DNA of 64,000 nucleotides from an uncultured Hydrogenophaga sp. (GTDB lineage Bacteria; Pseudomonadota; Gammaproteobacteria; Burkholderiales; Burkholderiaceae_C): NCBI GenBank assembly GCA_964550405.1, contig CAZJZD010000012.1, positions 754 to 64,753 of the forward strand, read 5' to 3'. Shown piece by piece: positions 58,839 to 64,000 of this stretch (position 1 is its first letter; each line of letters starts with the position of its first letter). The notes under the pieces were generated by a model. It saw only the letters and a program-made list of their open reading frames with translations, ran no database searches and was not told where the DNA came from. The position numbers and the translations under genes were made by a program.

Positions 58839-59870
58839 ATGGTTTTCCCTAGCCCCGACCAACCGCAGCCCAACACCCCGGTCACCGTCGCCACCGCCGG
58901 CGAGGCCCTGATGGACATGATCCAGGAGGCCGATGGCCGCCTGCGCCCCTGCGACGGCGGCGCCGTCTACAACCTTACCCGTGCGCTGGGCCTGCAGGGC
59001 GTTGGCACGCTGTACCTCAACCCGCTCTCGCAGGACCGTTTCGGTCGCGGCCTGGCGCACGCCATCGCGCAGGCCCGCGTCACGCTGGCCCACCCCGAGC
59101 CGGCGCACGAACCCACCTCGCTGGCCGTGGTCAGCCTCGACGAAGCCGGCAAGGCCAGCTACAGCTTCTACCGCGAGGGCGTGGCCGACCGCCGCGTGGA
59201 CGCCGCCACCATGACGGCACAGTGCGCGGCCCAGCCGGCGCTGAAGATGGTGGTGACCGGCTGCCTGGCCCTGGTGGCCGACGACTCGCCGAAGTACCTG
59301 CCCTGGCTGCAGGCGCAGCGCGCGGCGGGCCAACTGGTTGTCGTCGATGCCAACCTGCGCCCGGCCATCGTCCCGGACATGGCGGCCTACCAGGCCAGCG
59401 TCATGGCCGCGCTGCGCGAGGCCGACATCGTCAAGGTCAGCGACGACGACCTGCACATCCTGGGCTTCACGAACGCCGATCCGCTGGTCGCCGCCCGCGA
59501 GCTGCTGGCCCAGACGCCGGCGCGCTGGCTGGCCCTCACGCTCGGCGCCAAGGGTGCGGTTTTCCTGGCGCGCGACGGCGGCGCCTGGCAGGCTGCGGAA
59601 TCCCAGCCGGTGACCGTGGCCGACACCGTGGGCGCGGGCGACTGCTTCCTGGCCGGCATGCTGGCCGAACTGCTGGAACGCCCGGCCATGCGGGCCGCGT
59701 CCATGGCGGCCGAGCTGCAACTCGGTGCCGACGACGTCGAGGCCCTGCTGGCAAACGCCATCGCCAGCGCCAGCCTCTGCGTGCAGATGACGGGCTGCCA
59801 GCCACCGAGCCGGGAACAGGTCTTGCAACGCCTGGCCCAGGGTCGGCCCCGCTTCCAGCCGCTGGCTTGA
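58839..59870 (+). CDS. PfkB-family carbohydrate kinase (fructokinase-like)
   Basis: GEALMDM, GGAVYN, DANLRP, VKVSDDD, VADTVGAGD. Confidence 0.88.
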   Translation: MVFPSPDQPQPNTPVTVATAGEALMDMIQEADGRLRPCDGGAVYNLTRALGLQGVGTLYLNPLSQDRFGRGLAHAIAQARVTLAHPEPAHEPTSLAVVSLDEAGKASYSFYREGVADRRVDAATMTAQCAAQPALKMVVTGCLALVADDSPKYLPWLQAQRAAGQLVVVDANLRPAIVPDMAAYQASVMAALREADIVKVSDDDLHILGFTNADPLVAARELLAQTPARWLALTLGAKGAVFLARDGGAWQAAESQPVTVADTVGAGDCFLAGMLAELLERPAMRAASMAAELQLGADDVEALLANAIASASLCVQMTGCQPPSREQVLQRLAQGRPRFQPLA

Positions 59871-59892
59871 GCCGCTGAGGCCGGTTTTTCGC

Positions 59893-59929
59893 GCCGCAGC
59901 CCTGCCAGGCTCAGGGTTGCGGCAAAAAA
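59893..59929. other. Stem-loop between kinase and zwf
   Basis: GCCGCAGCCCTG..CAGGGTTGCGGC followed by an A run. Confidence 0.45.
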
Positions 59930-59939
59930 GAACCCGGCA

Positions 59940-59954
59940 TGTAACTTAATTACA
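59940..59954. promoter_or_regulatory. HexR-like operator upstream of zwf-pgl-edd
   Basis: TGTAA-CTTAA-TTACA palindrome. Confidence 0.65.
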
Positions 59955-59988
59955 GTAAAGTCCACCCATTCACGTAACCCGGAACACC

Positions 59989-61461
59989 ATGAGCACTTCC
60001 ACGCCCTCCCCCGCTGCCGCGCCGCTGGACCTCGTCATCTTCGGTGGCGTGGGCGACCTCTCGGTGCGCAAGCTGCTGCCGGCGCTGTACATGGCGCACT
60101 TGCACAACACCCTGCCCGAGCAGACCCACATCTATGCCCTGGGCCGCCAGACCTGGGACCGTGGTGCCTTCCTGCATTTCATCGAAGAAAAGGTGCGCGG
60201 TTTCATCGGCAGCAAGGCCTACCAGGACGAGGTCTGGGCGACCTTCGTGCGCCGCCTGAGTTACGTCTGCGTGGACGCCACCGACGCCGCCGACTTCCAC
60301 GAGCTCAAGGCCCAGATGCAGCCCGGCTCCGACCGCGTGTACTACCTGGCGACCGCGCCCAGCCTGTTCGTGGGCATCTGCGCGAACCTTCATGGTGCGG
60401 GCCTGATCGACGCGCGCGCCCGTGTGGTGCTGGAAAAGCCGCTGGGCCACGACCTGGCCTCGGCGCGCCAGATCAACAACGACGTCGCCCAGTACTTCGA
60501 GGAACACCAGGTCTTCCGCATCGACCACTACCTGGGCAAGGAAACGGTGCAGAACCTGATGGTGCTGCGCTTTGGCAACAGCATCTTCGAGCCGCTGTGG
60601 CGCAGCCCGCAGATCAAGAGCATCCAGATCACGGTGGCCGAGAGCGTGGGCGTGGGCAGCCGCGCCGGCTTCTACGACGGCACCGGCGCCATGCGCGACA
60701 TGGTGCAGAACCACCTGCTGCAGCTGCTGTGCATCGTGGCCATGGAGCCGCCGGTGTCGCTCGACCCGGACGCGGTGCGCGATGAAAAGCTCAAGGTGCT
60801 GCGTTCGCTGCGCCCGATGAGCGTGGCCGACGTGGCCCGGGACACGGTGCGTGGCCAGTACAGCGCCGGGGCCTCCGACGGCGAAGCCGCCGTGGGCTAC
60901 CTGCAGGAAGAGAACATCCCCGAAGACAGCGGCACCGAAACCTTCGTCGCGCTCAAGGCCCACATCAACAACTGGCGCTGGGCCAACGTGCCCATCTTCC
61001 TGCGCACCGGCAAGCGCATGGCGGCGAGACAGTCGGAAATCGTCATCGAGTTCGCCGAGCTGCCCTTCACCATCTTCAACGAGTCGGCGCACCAGTCGGT
61101 CAACCGCCTGCTGATCCGCCTGCAGCCGGAAGAACACATCCAGCTGCAGATGATGGCCAAGGAACCCGGCAGCGGCATGAAGCTGCGCCCGGTCAAGCTC
61201 GACCTGGACCTGCAGACCGCCTTCTCCGAACGCCGCGCCGAAGCCTACGAACGCCTGCTGATCGACGTCATCAAGGGCCGCCTGACCCACTTCATGCGGC
61301 GCGACGAACTGGAGGCCGCCTGGGCGTGGGTCGAACCCATCATCGAAGGCTGGAAGCAGCTGGGCGAAAAACCCAAGCCCTACACCGCCGGCAGCTGGGG
61401 CCCGGCCGCGTCGTCTGCGCTGATGGCGCGCGAGGGTAGCTCCTGGGTGGAGGAATCCTGA
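59989..61461 (+). CDS. zwf: Glucose-6-phosphate dehydrogenase
   Basis: [36 protein letters not shown]. Confidence 0.97.
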   Translation: MSTSTPSPAAAPLDLVIFGGVGDLSVRKLLPALYMAHLHNTLPEQTHIYALGRQTWDRGAFLHFIEEKVRGFIGSKAYQDEVWATFVRRLSYVCVDATDAADFHELKAQMQPGSDRVYYLATAPSLFVGICANLHGAGLIDARARVVLEKPLGHDLASARQINNDVAQYFEEHQVFRIDHYLGKETVQNLMVLRFGNSIFEPLWRSPQIKSIQITVAESVGVGSRAGFYDGTGAMRDMVQNHLLQLLCIVAMEPPVSLDPDAVRDEKLKVLRSLRPMSVADVARDTVRGQYSAGASDGEAAVGYLQEENIPEDSGTETFVALKAHINNWRWANVPIFLRTGKRMAARQSEIVIEFAELPFTIFNESAHQSVNRLLIRLQPEEHIQLQMMAKEPGSGMKLRPVKLDLDLQTAFSERRAEAYERLLIDVIKGRLTHFMRRDELEAAWAWVEPIIEGWKQLGEKPKPYTAGSWGPAASSALMAREGSSWVEES

Positions 61462-62165
61462 TGGCCGTGACCGAACACACCGGTGCCACGCCCGCAGCCA
61501 TCGCGGCCCACGTGGCCGATGCGCTGCGCGCCGCCATCGCCGCGCGCGGCCAGGCCAGCCTCGCGGTGTCCGGCGGCAAGTCGCCCATCCCCATGTTCGA
61601 AGCGCTGCGCGAGCAGGACCTGGACTGGTCCAGGGTCAACATCGTGCTGGTGGACGAACGCATCGTCCCGCGCGACCACGAGGCCAGCAACACGGCCCTG
61701 GTGGCCCGCCACCTGCTGCAGGGCAAAGCCGCGGCCGCGCGCTTCTGGCTGTTCTTCCGCGAACTGGCAACCGTCTTCAACGCCGAGGTGCTGGACGCAC
61801 TGGTCCAGGATGCCACCGAGCGCATCGCCGACCTGCCGTGGCCGCTGGACGTGGCCGTGCTGGGCATGGGTGAAGACGCGCACACCGCCTCGCTGTTCCC
61901 CGGTGCGCCCGGCTACGCCCGCGCCATCGCCACCGACGAGCGCCTGGCCTGGGTGGTGCCCGAACAGGCCCCCATTCCTGCGCCGCACGCGCGACTGAGT
62001 TTCACGCTGCACGCGCTGCTGCAAGCGCGAGAACTGCTGCTGTCCATCAGCGGCGAGACCAAGCTCGCCGTCTACCGCCGCGCGGCCCAAAAGGCCGACC
62101 CGACGCTGCCGATTTCCCTGATCCTGAACCAGACGCAAACCCCGGTGAGCGTCTTCATCGGATAA
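61461..62165 (+). CDS. pgl: 6-phosphogluconolactonase
   Basis: [28 protein letters not shown]. Confidence 0.93.
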   Translation: MAVTEHTGATPAAIAAHVADALRAAIAARGQASLAVSGGKSPIPMFEALREQDLDWSRVNIVLVDERIVPRDHEASNTALVARHLLQGKAAAARFWLFFRELATVFNAEVLDALVQDATERIADLPWPLDVAVLGMGEDAHTASLFPGAPGYARAIATDERLAWVVPEQAPIPAPHARLSFTLHALLQARELLLSISGETKLAVYRRAAQKADPTLPISLILNQTQTPVSVFIG

Positions 62166-62169
62166 CGAC

Positions 62170-63999
<1,830 letters not shown>

Positions 64000-64000
64000 C

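Overview
GC-rich betaproteobacterial chromosome; a Comamonadaceae (Hydrogenophaga/Acidovorax-like) origin is inferred from gene content and order. The backbone is housekeeping: pyrG-kdsA-eno-ftsB, hslO, actP, dbpA, xerD, queG/tsaE/amiC, dedA/mutL, gdhA, rnk, miaA, a fructose/mannose ABC cluster (frcRABC-like) and zwf-pgl-edd. Two accessory blocks interrupt it. (1) 25.1-27.95 kb: a lipase-like alpha/beta hydrolase followed by three tandem paralogs (two lipoproteins, one membrane-anchored), resembling an effector plus poly-immunity array. (2) 36.7-53.75 kb, the most interesting part: a lux-box-like 16-bp palindrome precedes what looks like one RHS/Tc-BC toxin split into two genes, each with an apparent Sec signal peptide. 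The first gene is SpvB/FG-GAP (TcB-like) and ends in an Ig-like domain plus a phage gp38-like glycine-rich adhesin domain. The second is a YD/RHS core with a low-GC, RNase-like C-terminal toxin and is followed by a small immunity candidate. Next come a decayed REP-associated tyrosine transposase and a compact type II secretion cluster with a lipoprotein secretin carrying a cohesin-like tail. No T6SS, TcA, integrase, tRNA, rRNA or CRISPR was seen. All family calls come from motif recognition without database searches, and several start codons are estimates.
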